A DNA stretch of 44,030 nucleotides from Macrostomum lignano. Its lineage: Eukaryota. Both the position numbers and the translations under genes were made by a program. The stretch lies in NCBI GenBank assembly GCA_002269645.1, contig NIVC01003170.1:1-44030 (forward strand). Direction: 5' to 3'. The notes below the pieces were generated by a model, which did no database searches, was not told the DNA's origin, and saw nothing but the letters and a program-made list of their open reading frames with translations. Each line of letters opens with the position of its first letter. Position 1 is the stretch's first letter. Below are positions 1-12,147 of this stretch, piece by piece.

Positions 1-3000
1 CTTCCTCCTGTGCCGTCCTCACTTCTCTGCTCGGTACGTTGGCGTCGTTCGGCTCTGCCTCATCCTCTTCGTCCTGCTCCTCGTCGTACGCGCCTCATCG
101 GTGCTCTTCTTCGTCATCGTCTGCTTCTCGAACGCTCAGGTCCGGGCTCACAGACTTCGGCCAGATTTCGGGTGTCCGGTGGAGCGTGATCTCTTGATCT
201 TGAAAACCGCAGCTGAAGATCTTCAAACTCTTCATCTTCCTGCTCGGATTCCTGGTCCTGCGGCCCTCGCGCTGCGGTCCACCTCTGGGTCTCGCCCCGT
301 TGCACTCTCTGCCTTCGGCTTCGTCCAGCAGCGGAATTACCACGTCGCGGCCTGGTTTTTCCCGAACTGGCCCTCCCAATTTCCTCTCCTGTCTCTTGAT
401 CGTCTGCCGCCTCCGTCTGGCCCTGAACCGGCCGGAGATTGTTGAAGTGCACCACCTTGGTCTTCTGCGGCTGTGTCGGATCCTGCACTCGGTACAACGC
501 ATCTGACAGCTCTCCAGGACCTTCACTGGGCCGCGCCAGTTTGATATGAAACTTGCTTTTCTCTCCCATCTCCAAGCACGGATAGTACAGCAAGACAGAG
601 TCGCCCTTCTGAATCGCTTTGCCCTTCACCTTCCGATCGTAATTCATTTTCTGCCGTCGCTGAACCGTCTCGCGTCCTTCTCGAATGCGTTCATGGGCAT
701 GAAGCAGGTTCTGCTTGATCTCTTGCACAAACAAGGGACAGCTGTCCGTCTTTCGCCTAAGGTCCTCTGGTTCGAATCCCAGTGGCATCTCCTGACCATG
801 CAGCATGTAGTAGGGCGTGTAACCGTGGACGCCTGGACCGTCGATCGATAAGCCATCAATGCACTTGGCAGGTACTCCTCCCAGGCGTTCTGACCCTTCT
901 GTACCAGATACGAGCGCAAACTGTTCTTCAGGAACCCATTAAATCGTTCCACCTGTCCGTTGCCACTCGGGTGGTAGGCGCTCGTCCTGGTCTTCTTCAC
1001 ACCCAACAGCTCGCACAGCTTCCTGACGATCCCCGACTCAAAGTTCCTTCCTTGGTCTGAGTGAAGTACCGCGGGGGCACCCGTGATTTGCAATCCAGCG
1101 TTCGAATAGCACCCTTGCGATCGTTGCCGCCTTCTGGTTCCGGATGGCATAAGCGTCAGGCCACTTTGAGAACGCATCTTGCACCGTGAGGATGTAGAAG
1201 TTTCCTTTCTTGCTCCGTGGCAGCGGCCCGATGACGTCCGTCATCACGATATCGAATGGGCTTGAACTCGGAATCGGCTCCATCGGTGCAATTGGTTTCT
1301 TGCCAGCTTTGGCCTTGGTGCAGTCCAAACAGGCTTTTACGTGCTCTTCGACCTCGCGGCCAAGTCCCGGCCTCCAAAACGATTGCCGCACCTTCTCCTT
1401 GGTCTTGAAAATCCCAACGTGCCCTCCACTCCGTCCACCATGAGCTTCTTCCAGCACCGCTCTCAGCATATTCCGTGGCAACACCACTTGCGGCTGACGT
1501 CTACTGGCCGTATGACACAGCAACACCTCACTGTCCGACACCTCAAGGTCACGACGTCTTTCGACAATCCTCCTTGCCGTCGGTGATATGCGCCGCAAAT
1601 GCTCTTCGGTTATCTCTCCGTCGCCGTGAGCCAGCAGCTCCATCGCCTGACGAATGTCGCTGTCGATCTTCTGGCTCTCTCTGATCTCCTCCGAGGTCCA
1701 CTTCTGCAATCCCAACGCGTTCACGCCGATCTGCTCTTGTGCACATCCAGGACAACTCTCGCTTCCTTGATGGCGCCGACGTGGCTTCCTGGAGAGAGCG
1801 TCCGCGTGTTGATGTTTCACTCCCGGACGATGTTCGATGCGATACCTGTACGGAGCCAAGAGTTCCAGCCATCTGGCCAGTTGTCCTTCTACGTCCCGCA
1901 GCGAATGCAGCCACTTCAAGCTGCTGTGATCGGTGCGCACTAGAAACTCTCGCCCCATCAGGTAATAACGAAACTTCTGTACGAAAAACACCACGGCCAG
2001 CAACTCGACTCGTGTCGTGCAGTAATTCCGTTCTTCTCGCGACAACGTCCTGCTTCCGTAAGCTATTACCTTCTCACTCCCATCTTTCTGCACCTGCGAA
2101 AGCACAGCGCCAATTCCTTCTTTTGTGCTACCGTCTGTGTCTAAAACGAATTCTCCAGCGTCCTCCGCAAAGTTTGGAAACGCCATGACCTCAGATCCCT
2201 GCAACCTTTCCTTCAGGGCCTCGAATGCGGCTTGACACTCCTCATCCCAGCTCCACGGGCAATCATTTCGGGTCCGTCGCAGCATCGGCTCAGCAATGCG
2301 GGAAAAATCTGCGATGAATTGCCGGTAATACCCGCACAGTCCCAGGAATGACCTTACTTCCTTCACATTCCTCGGAGTTGGCCAGTCACGAATTTCGGCA
2401 ATCTTTTCTGGACTCGTGGCGATCCCATCAGCTGACACTACGTGTCCCAGGAAGGTCACTGACTTCAGCAGGAATGCGCACTTCTTCGGCTTCAGTTTGA
2501 TGTTCGCTGCTCGCAACCGTCGAAAAACCGTTTGCAACCGTTCCAGGTGCTCTTCCACCGTTCGTGACCACACTAGCAGGTCGTCCAGATACACCAAACA
2601 CGTCTTCCAGCACAACTTCCCCAACACCACATTCATTAGCCGGCTGAATGAAGCCGGTGCATTTGTCAATCCAAATGGCATAACGTTCCAGGCGTACTGC
2701 TGTACCCGGTGTGAAACGCCAAAGGCCGTCTTTAGTCTGTCGCTGGGTTCCACCGCCATCTGCCAGTATCCCGACTGCATGTCCATGGTCGAAAAAATCT
2801 TGGCATCCGCCTAGGCTCTCCAACAGGTCATCTGTCCTGGGCAACGGCACTGCATCCTTCTTGGTCACTTCATTCAGTTTCCGGTAGTCACAACAGAACC
2901 TCAGGGAACCGTCCTTCTTTTTCACGCACACCACCGGAGAGCACCATGGGGACTGACCTCGCTGATTCTCCCAGCTTCCAGCAAGTCATCCAACTCCTCG

Positions 3001-4141
3001 TCCACTTCCTGCCGCAGGTACGGGGGAATCCGCCTCGCCGCTTCTTTCACAGGCCTGGCATCTCCAGTGTCGATCTCGTGCTTCATCACCGTCGTACAGC
3101 CGAGATCCTTGGAGTCCTTAGCAAAGACAGCCCGATGTTGGGAAATCAGCTCCCTGAAGTCGGCTTCCTCCTCCTCCGACAGGCCACACGAACCCCACTC
3201 GCGGAATTCTTCGATCGGGTCCCATGCCTCCGCTTCATTCTTGGCCTCTACGTCGTCGTCCAAGCGCACCACGTTGATACCTCCGTTCGGTTCCAAAGGA
3301 ATAAACCAGCCAATCGTCTCTCCTTTCTTGACCCTCTTCCTACAACTGGACGTATTCAGCAATCTCATCGGCAGCCGTCCATCCACGCCGGGCGCTACCA
3401 GAGCTCGAGCCAGCGCCAAATCCTTCTCAGAGGCCTTCACTGACTTTTCTTCCGTTATGCCGACAGATCCGCAGTTTCTTGCGCCCTTTTTCTCTACCCT
3501 GGCTGGCATGATCACTTCTTGCGCCGGTTCCAGGAATACCGTTGTCTCGGCTTTGATTCGACACACCACGGGCAGCTCGCCTTTCTGCCGTATCGGAACT
3601 CTAACATCGCCCACTCGAAAGACAAACTCTGAATAGTTGATGACGCAACGATGCTGTTTGAAAAATTCGGACCCGAGAATGACGTCATAGCGCAATCCGT
3701 CCACTACAAAGAAATTCGCTGACCACCGCTCGCCGCCAATCTCCACGTCCAGCACAATACAGCCTCTCATCCTCATCGCACCTCCATTGGCCGTTGAAAG
3801 GGCCCCGTCCATCATCGTCAGTCTCTCTCTCACTTCTTGCGGCAGCCTCAGGAAAACATCACAGCTCAGCACTGACACACTCGCACCACTGTCTAACAGC
3901 AGAGCCACTGGCTTGCCGGAAACCGCACCGGAAATAAAAACTGTCAAGGGCTCCGTTGATACCGACGAACCCCCTCTTGAACCAGGTTGCTCTTTAAATT
4001 CCCATCACCAGAGACGCACTTGGATTTATTTACAGAGTTAGTGCCCAACCCCGGTTCCTCGCTCCTGGGAGACTTCACTTCCTGGCAGGGTCCCGACTCT
4101 CCCCGGTCGGTCCCCTCGGCCCGTTTCCCGACTGCGGACAC
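1..4141 (-). pseudogene. Gypsy pol (PR-RT-RNase H-integrase plus long acidic tail), split by several 1-nt frameshifts
   Basis: ORFs 3944-4141, 2922-3947, 2428-2934, 1038-2786, 644-1177 and 114-806 join into one pol if single-base indels are corrected near 2957, 2803, 1073-1077 and 823. I saw no substitution-derived in-frame stops in the core domains. Confidence 0.92.
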
Positions 4142-5198
4142 TTGAAGGATAGGTGGCCTTCACCGTTGCACTTGTGACATCGTACTGGCGATTTCCCGTT
4201 TTCACTCTTCTGACTGGTCTTCTTCGGACACTTTGATGAGATATGGCCCCACTCTCGACACGAAAAACACTGCACAGCCTTCCGACTCGCCGGGGTCGGC
4301 TCTGCCGCTTCTTCAGACCTCCGCTCCTCCATCTCTTTCATTCGCATCTCCATGGCCGCCAGCTGTTTTCGAAGCATCTCGACCTCACTGCTTTCGGAAG
4401 CCTCCTTTCGGGTTTCGGTCGTGACAGCGCAAACGGCTCTTTTCGATACCTGACCTGGTGGACCATGACTTGCCCTAACCGCCGCTTCCAGCTGATGCAC
4501 CAGACGCATTGCGTCCGCTAACGTATCCGGCTGGCTCATGTACAGTCGCTCACGCACAGCCACCCCCGCACGGACGCCTCGCATAAATCGCTCTTTCGCA
4601 AGATCATCGCGCACATCGGCAGGCGCATCAGGAAAGGCGTTTGCGACCAACTCAATCACAGCTTCAGAGAAATCTTCTACCGACTCCTTCTCGCTCTGCT
4701 CTCTATTGCTCAGTTCTGTGCGTAGTCGACGACGGTACGGTGCATAGTGAACCTATCCCTCAAGGCCTGGGTAAATTCTTCGAACTGCAGGTCGTCATCA
4801 AGGTTCATGTTGTCAACAACTTGGAAGGTGCTGAAGTCTAGGTTGCTGAGCAACTGAGCGCGCCGATTCTGCATCGGAATCTGTATGGCATCGCAATAAG
4901 CTACGAAGAGCCTCAACCACTTCACGAAATTCATTCCTGGAGCATACTTCACCGGCCTCTGAATCCTGAGGGCACCCGCTTGCTGCATGTTCTGCTGAAT
5001 CTGGGCAGTCAAGGCGGCGACCAGATCATTAACACCAAAGGCTCCAGCAGCACCTCCAGCCGCACCTTCAGCCGCACCTCCAGCCGCACCTCCAGCAGCA
5101 CCTCCAGCCGCACCTCCAGCCGCACCTCCGGCAGCACCTCCAGCAGCACCTCCAGCCGCACCTCCAGCCGCACCTCCAGCAGCACCTCCAGCATCCAT
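4075..5198 (-). CDS. Gypsy gag with two zinc knuckles (1-nt frameshift near 4716)
   Basis: Restoring one G joins ORF 4710-5198 to 4075-4659 (DYAQ-ELSNREQSEKESVEDFSEAVIELVANAFPD). Knuckles are CFSCREWGHISSKC and CHKCNGEGHLSFKC. Confidence 0.9.
4123..4129 (-). other. -1 ribosomal frameshift slippery heptamer G GGA AAC (gag to pol)
   Basis: In the gag frame (TCG GGA AAC), after the second knuckle and about 46 nt before the gag stop. The -1 frame is the open ORF 3944-4141. Confidence 0.7.
5042..5192 (-). repeat. 12-bp coding tandem repeat encoding (GGAA)n at the Gag N-terminus
   Basis: Repeated CAGCACCTCCAG/CCGCACCTCCAG units on the + strand. Confidence 0.95.
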
Positions 5199-5286
5199 AC
5201 CACGGCGTCACAGTTTCTAACCTTAATTTCTCACAATATTCCGCGCCTCGAGCTTTCTTCCTTACTTAGTCTTCCACAGCGCAGGG

Positions 5287-5303
5287 TCCCACCAAGGATG
5301 CCA
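5287..5303 (-). other. Primer binding site TGGCATCCTTGGTGGGA
   Basis: Starts with TGG, 3 nt inside the CA end of the LTR. Cognate tRNA not assigned. Confidence 0.75.
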
Positions 5304-5306
5304 ATT

Positions 5307-6127
5307 TGTGATGATGGGGCTCAAGGGCTCGGTCCTTTCGTGCCCCTTTCCCAGACTCGGGTTCGTGTACTGACCCTGGCTACGGTCCTCCACTGACACG
5401 CGTACGACGCGGTGTCCGTCGGACTAGGCTGTTCGAGCGTACGACGCACGACAGCCTACAGACTTGCGTACGACGCAGAGCTGCTTGGGGTGGGACCGGC
5501 GTACGACGCAGTTAATCCCTCTAAGGTGCCTAGTACAGATGCAGACCCAAATGACGTGCAAATTGGAAGGCTTACCAGCCGCGATTTCAGTCGTACAAGA
5601 AACAGCGCCGTCAGAGCAGTGGTGATCTCGATATTCTTTACTTATATATTTGTCTAGCAATTCGGCGAGGAATAGCAATTCCGCAACCAACGCTGGCACA
5701 ATCGCCGAGGAGCCACGAAGACAACGAGAATGGGGTCTCACGGGGCTCTGAATAAATAGGCAGCAAACTGGGGGTTGAGGGCGCGGGATAAAGGCAGAAA
5801 AGGGGGCTTAGACATCAGCCAAGGCAACGCATGAGCTGTACCAGCCAATCGCCGGGGCGCAGCACGGCAGACTGGGACTGGCAGCCAATCACAAACAGGG
5901 GCGGGGCAGCAAAGCTAACAAAATAATGGGGCGGGGTCGCACAGGGGGGGGTCGCACGCAGAGCATGGGGGGTTGACTCAACAGAAAAGGTCTAGGCAGG
6001 GAGGGGAGGGGTACGCACGCGCAGAAGTGCAGGTGGGTGAGTCAGAAAATATCTAAGGAGGGGGAGGGGGAGAGGACGGCCCACTGGCCCGGTGCAGCAA
6101 CTTAGCAAAGAGCACACTGTCATAACA
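5307..6127 (-). repeat. 5' LTR (about 821 bp)
   Basis: Minus strand starts TGTTATGA and ends TCATCACA (imperfect terminal inverted repeat, TG...CA). Adjacent PBS; CCAAT boxes (5845, 5885), GC boxes (5898, 5928), TATATAA at 5642-5648 and AGTAAA at 5636-5641 on the minus strand. Confidence 0.8.
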
Positions 6128-6316
6128 CATTCATGACCATTCATGAATGTTTTTAAGACTTGAGAGGGCACAGGATTTTACTAGTAGGGGAAAAGGCTGG
6201 GAAAATTGCTCTGTCTAATCTTGATCCGACTAGCTAGGTAGCTAAGCTATATAGGTACGAAGTATGTATAGTGAAAAACGATTCTAGTAAAAGTCTGCGT
6301 CTCTTGCACTCCACAG

Positions 6317-7272
6317 AGCGGCAGCAGCCGATCCGGCCGAAGAACGAGATCGAGCGCGCCGAAGGCCCGTTCAACGGCGAGTCCAGCAGCCGTGATGCCT
6401 ACAAGGCCTGGCAGGCTCAGCCGCGCTACCGACACCAACAGCCCGCCTACGAGAGGCCAGAGGGTAGCATGGACTTGCGCACCACCTACTCCAACGAGTT
6501 CGCCAACAGCGGTCCCCGAGTCCGCCTACCGCCAATCCGGCCAGAGTCGCAGCACCGACAACTGCGAGATCCCAATGCTGCATTCGCAGGCCACTCGGAG
6601 CAGACGGAGAGCTTCCCTGGCTACAAGCGAGCCCAGATTTCTGACGCCAAGCCGGCCAGCTTCAAGCCCAACAGGCAGTACCAGCCGCCTGAGGTCCCGT
6701 TTGCTGCGCGCTCCTCGTACGCTGGTGACTTTGCCACCACCGCTCCCGGCTCAGAGCGGGCCCGCCCAGTGCGGCACTCGGACCAGTTGCAAATGTCCAC
6801 CGAGCCCATGGTGAACCGTGGTGCCGGCAGCAACGCCGAGTATGGAGCCGCAGCTGGCGTCGGTGGCGCCGTGGCTGCCAAGCGCCAACCAATTGTGCCG
6901 CGCGGGGAGCTCAGCATCCCTGCTGGTGCCTTCGCAGCCGAGACCACCCAGAGGGGCGACTTCGCACCGCAGACAAGCCGGCAGCAGTCCCGGCGGGAAC
7001 CAATTCGACACGCCAGTGAGCTGCAGCTCAACTCAGGCACAGCGGAGCCTTTTTCCGCCCGCACTGTCGCCCAGCAGGACTTCGAAGCGCGGCGTGGCGA
7101 GCGGCCGGCACCCGTGAGGCCGAAGGGTGAACTGGAGCTCTCCCGGGAGCCTATGGCTGCCGCCACCACAAACCGGGATGTGTTCACTCCGAAGTCCAGA
7201 GACGAACCAGCACCGACGCGCCGTCGGCCTCAGCCACAGCAGCCGCAACAGCAGCAAGTAGCCGCAAGCTGA
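6317..7272 (+). CDS. SAXO/FAM154-like stabiliser of axonemal microtubules, terminal exon
   Basis: About 35-aa periodic Mn-type modules (FNGESSSRDAY, MDLRTTYSNEF, FAGHSEQTESF, FAARSSYAGDF, FAAETTQRGDF, FSARTVAQQDF, MAAATTNRDVF). Strong acceptor tctcttgcactccacag ends at 6316; stop TGA at 7270-7272. Confidence 0.8.
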
Positions 7273-10220
7273 ACATTGGACATTGGGCTGAACCGTGCGG
7301 ATTAATGGAGCTTTTCGTCCTTGTGATTTTATTTGTCTGGGTTTGCTGTAAGATTGAATGCGCACCTTACTTAACTGCAATGGTCGGTTTCTCTTGGTTT
7401 TTGTAGCCGTCCTCTGTACATGTAACTCTACACTGTCCACGGTGCAGAGTGTAGGCAATGAAAATGGACGCTCTCTACAAATTTAGACTATCAACATTAG
7501 GAAAGTTTTAAGCGGTAAGAACTTGATGCTGTTGCAAATCGCTAGTTGGAAATTTTTTTTTAAGGGTCTAGCTGTACTCTTCGCAGCGATCGCTCGCAAG
7601 AACGGAATTCAGTGTGCGTAAATTTGCCTATTTGCCTATTATTGCACTTCTTGGTGCAAATTTTATCGATGAACTTAATAGCCGCTTAATACTTCTTATT
7701 TCGTTTTTACTCATATTTGCCAATTGCCACAAAACACTGAAAAGCAACTTTAAATATGTTACTGCATGCATATGAACTACGTGAAATATTTATAATCCCG
7801 ACACAAGCACGTGCACAAGCAAAGCATATACTAAGGTCGACTTAAGTCCTCAATGCGATGTTTCCACATTCATGATATCTCCATATACACTGTAAGAATA
7901 AAATAATACACATTAATTTTCTCCACGTTTGAGCAAATTTTACACAGAGAGCATACGCTACTGCAATGCAAATGAGTGGTCCAAATGAACTGCTTACTTC
8001 GTAAATCGAGGCTCTGCAAAGATCCAGAGTAGCAGTTTTGTCATTTTTTAGCGTTTTAGATTGTTTAGACCGAGACTAAAACCCACTATAGATTTTCGAG
8101 TCTGAGACATGAGCAAATAAACTGAAGTTGGACGCTACACTCGCAAATCGCGTTGTAGAGAGTTGAATATTAAATACGTCATGCATACGTTCTTATAATG
8201 ACCATCCTCCAGCAGCTTACATGTATTTCTAAGAAAGCCGAATGAAGCGTCCTAGCTACGTACACTTTAAGAGCGTTTTTATATTTAGTACGAGCTCGTA
8301 CATCTACTCGTACATGTTGCCAATTAAAAATATCTATTGTGTTGGGCGCCTTCTTAATTCTAATTTGAGTGCAAATTTACAGTACGGTTAGGGTGAATGA
8401 GGGGTGAGGTGGCGTGATCAGTGTATTCACTGATTGAGAAAACTGGAGGGTTGAAGCCGACTATAAGAGTTGGGGCTTGGTGCGAGAGCAAAAAGGGCAC
8501 GATTGCACAACATTGCTTAGGGCATACTACTAATTAAATTGAGTATCAGAATGTGGATCGTCATGATCAATGAACTATAACTTTTAATGTGCATTATTTA
8601 ATAATAACTATAAGCTTTTAATCCAGTAACTTGGTGCTGGCCGGAGCATATGGTTCGTCTTTGCAGTTTTAATTAGCACAATTACCAAAATTCGCTTAGT
8701 GTTTGTTACAATATGACGAATGACGATTAAATTAGTTGATGAAACAAGGCTAAAACGAGTCAGTTGTGAATATTTTTTTAGTTTTTTTCCAATGCACAGA
8801 GCAATCGAAACAAAATACATAGATACAAAAAATATTATCCCTCTAATGCATTTGTTGTATCGCGGCTCGTGTAATTGTTGAAGCGGAAATTTAAAACCAG
8901 CGATAATAAAAAGAATTTCAAGTCCAGTTGTAAATGTGACCATTTAGTAGTGGACATATTTTAATATATTTATTATGCATATAATTTGCTAACTACTCAT
9001 ATCTCGCTATCAAACTAAAACCTAAAAGCCCCTCTCCTGCTAGAATTGTTAGATACAATGCCGAACAGAATGGAACACAATATAGCCTGGACAACACTTG
9101 GTAATAATATTACTTTCAGCCTATAGCAATAACAATGCATATGATTGTATATGTTATTGCAATTTATTGAAAATTTTAGAAGCTTTTCATTTGTAGATTA
9201 TTATAAGTTGTTCATTCGTCTTTACAATCCTTTATCAAATTAAAATTACAAAATATAATACAAGGATTCTGATTATGAATACTTAGACCTTATTCGTAGT
9301 GTTCTAATCTAATATCATAGTAATTTTGTTGAGAATAATACTATATAATCTCTTACTTTTACCACAAAATCCAACTTTAAATCAAGAATGCACAAATTCT
9401 AGTTTCAGATTTCTAACTAGCAAATGTATTATGGTAAATAAAAAAGGAAAAGTAAATTTTAAATTATATAGAAAAATATGATTCGATCTTTAGTTAGATT
9501 ATATGAACTAGCTTGTGTGAAAGATGTTAAGATATAATGAATTTACAGAAAGATATAATGAAAAAATTAAATTTTATCATAATTAAATTTCCATTGAAAT
9601 TTCATATATTCTAAATAACATCTAGGTAGTTGGGAGGATTGGAGACATGGGGAGTACAACCAGAAATTTCACAAGCCCAGAGGCAGACCCTGGGGGTAAA
9701 GACCAAAAAGTGAGCAGATAGTGATAAGACAGTAGATAGTATTTTACCAAAAAATTGTTAGTCCCATTTTCTAGTCCCTTCTAGTCCCAGCCTCTGCCAA
9801 AGTAGTTGTTTCATATGCCCCCAATCTGCTTGTGCCAGCAGTGTAAATAGACAAATACTTTTTTAGTGTCATGCTGGTAGCAATATAATTTAATATATAT
9901 TAAATATTAGCAGAAACTTAACTAATAAAAATTTGAATACTTTATCTCCAGATTAAGAAACTGCTTTTTTGAACAACAAAAAATGAATTTGATAGGATTT
10001 CTTTTACTCAGGTTCTACTGAATAAGATTTTATTAATTTCAATTTTATGGGCTACGATTCCACCAACTGGATTCTATTAAGTATGAGTTCATTAATTAGA
10101 ATTTTAATAAATTTTAATAGATAGAATTCCATTGACGAAGATTTCAAGGGTTAAGATTCTAAAAAAATTGCTAAATTTTGCCTCGATATTTAAGCTATTA
10201 GACCATACTTATTTGTGCGT

Positions 10221-10298
10221 CATTAAATTTATATATTAAATTTAAATTAAATTAAATTAAATTAAATTAAATTTAAATTTAAATTTATATATTTAAAT
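10221..10298. repeat. A/T-only stretch with (AAATT)n/(AAATTT)n units
   Basis: Directly visible; flanked by a direct repeat of AAATTTATATATT. Confidence 0.9.
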
Positions 10299-10566
10299 CT
10301 ATCTTCCTTTGTATCTATCCTTCCTTATCTCTTTACATTCCTTGTTAATAGTTAAAATGTTTTAGATATTTAATTCGAGTTCAAAGTAAACTCATTAAAT
10401 AAATAATAATTTTCGATGCTTTCATTACTTTAAAACCTTGAGAAATTCAATGAAAGAACAATCAATGCTGCATAAATTATGTTAAAATTTTCTGTTTTTA
10501 AGATCTTAGTAACATTTTTTGTGTTTTGTGTTCATGTCAGCCACACTAATCGTATTTCTAGCGCCA

Positions 10567-11155
10567 ATGTCTGAGAACCCTGTTAACAAAAAGTCTGCAC
10601 CTAGCGGGAGTGGTGGCAGCAGTGGCAGAAGCGACAGCCCAAGAAAGCCCGGACGACCAGCACTCAAGAAGGAGATGCGGCTGAGTGACAAGTCGCACAA
10701 GAAGCGCCTGGCCTTCGCTGACGACAGGAACGGCTCCACTCAGTCCGAGCCGCCGCCGGTGTCCGACCGCTGGCCGTCGCTGGAGGCAGCGAATCCGCCA
10801 AGCGTTGTCGAAGAAGAGTCGGCAGCCTCCACAAAGGCGGTGCAGCTGCCGCAGCAGCGGCAGCTGCAACAGCAGTCTCAGCCAGCTTCGTCTCCGCTGA
10901 GGCACCAGAAGCGCCAGCAGCAGCCGCTGCAGCCTCAGCAGCGCCGGGCCGGACCCGATTGTCGCAGACCGCCGTTTGCAGCTGGCGGTAGTGCTGGCGG
11001 TGATGGAGGCGATGGGCGCGTGGAGCGTGGCCGCTCGAGGTCGCTTAGTGCTGCGGGCGCGCATGACCGGACCCCCTTCAGGCGATACGGGCGCATTGGA
11101 AGGCGCAACCGAGAGCTCAACCGCATCGCATTCGAGCCCGAGCCCTCTTGCTGGG
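10567..11155 (+). CDS. LARP1: LARP1 putative first coding exon (low-complexity, Q/S-rich)
   Basis: ATG at 10567, five nt after a ttctag acceptor. A GT donor at 11156 (phase 1) matches the phase of the next exon. No conserved domain, so membership in LARP1 is inferred. Confidence 0.55.
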
Positions 11156-11652
11156 GTCTGTCTGTTGTGGCGCTTTTTATGGTTTCAAATTTCATGGATT
11201 GCCTTCCATAAAAACAGCTTTTTGCCAATTCCGATTTTCTCAACCTCCGTCATCTTCCTGCACTCCACCCTCTATCGCTCCAACTAACGTTTCAATGAAA
11301 TTCCAGCCAGAATTCTTTGATATCTGTTGTTGCATGTCCTGTGGCTAACTCGTTCTGAGTTTCCACAATCTCCTATTTGGCATCATTATATTATTTTCTC
11401 TTTTCTTTTCTTGTGGCTCTCTTGTTTCTGCCACTGGTCCGATAAGCATTTGCAAGCGTCTACTCTTTGGGCTCTTAAACCCCCTAAATCGGCTCTGTTT
11501 CCGTTCTTTAGCTTCTCCAACTAACGTGTCTCAAAGTAGCAACAGGGTAGTTGATCGATCCTCGTGGGTGCTAGTTATTATTCACATACGAGCTCGTTTT
11601 TTCCTAACTCAAGTATAATTCACGGGGCATGAACTCACCTGAACTCCAACAG

Positions 11653-12147
11653 AGGGTCTGGCATTCATGTACGCAAGCAATGGCCACTTGCCAGACGTGA
11701 TGCCCGTGGGCCAGACAGTGGACCCGGCCACCGGGGCCCGCTCTCTGATAGTCAACGGACTTTTCTTTTTCCCGGAGAACCTGGACACCGAGGCCATGGG
11801 AGACCTGGTGCTGTCGCAGATCAGGCGTCAAGTAGAGTTCTACTTCTCTGACGAGAACCTCAGCCGTGACTTCTTCCTGCGCAGCCTGATGGACGCAGAG
11901 GGCTTTGTAAGTCTTCGCACACTGGCGGGGTTCAATCGCGTAAGCTTCCTTTGCCGTGGCAATCTCGAGGATGTCGCCGCCGCCGTGGAGGCCAGCGACA
12001 AGCTCGAGTTAAGCAGCGACGGCGCCCAAGTCCGCCGGAAGCTGGACCCCCGCTTGTGGCCGTTACCAGGAGCTGGCGGTAATAGCAGCCGTGCCGTTGT
12101 TGGCAGCTTAAACATCGACGCACCAGAGTTCGTTCCGAAAGCTTCTG
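11653..12147 (+). CDS. LARP1: LARP1 exon: La motif and PAM2
   Basis: QIRRQVEFYFSDENLSRDFFLRSLMDAEGFVSLRTLAGFNRV is a La motif; SLNIDAPEFVP is a PAM2. Acceptor ccaacag, donor g|gtgag. Confidence 0.92.

Larger units (their letters stand above)
1..6127 (-). mobile_element. Ty3/Gypsy LTR retrotransposon (5' LTR, PBS, gag, PR-RT-RH-IN); 3' LTR lies outside the window
   Basis: Domain order protease (LLDSGAS), RT (YLDD), RNase H (LDTDGS...ELLA), integrase (HxxxxxGH...CxxC, DVIGP, SDQG, ERFN) is the Gypsy order. Gag with two CCHC knuckles, LTR and PBS lie upstream. Confidence 0.97.

Noticed and set aside
101-5400. Many + strand ORFs over the Gypsy element
   Set aside because: Antisense shadows of GC-rich gag/pol with no recognisable motifs.
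8608-8943. Hydrophobic ORF as a GPCR fragment or mitochondrial insertion
   Set aside because: No convincing 7TM or mitochondrial motif; hydrophobicity is expected from AT-rich codons.
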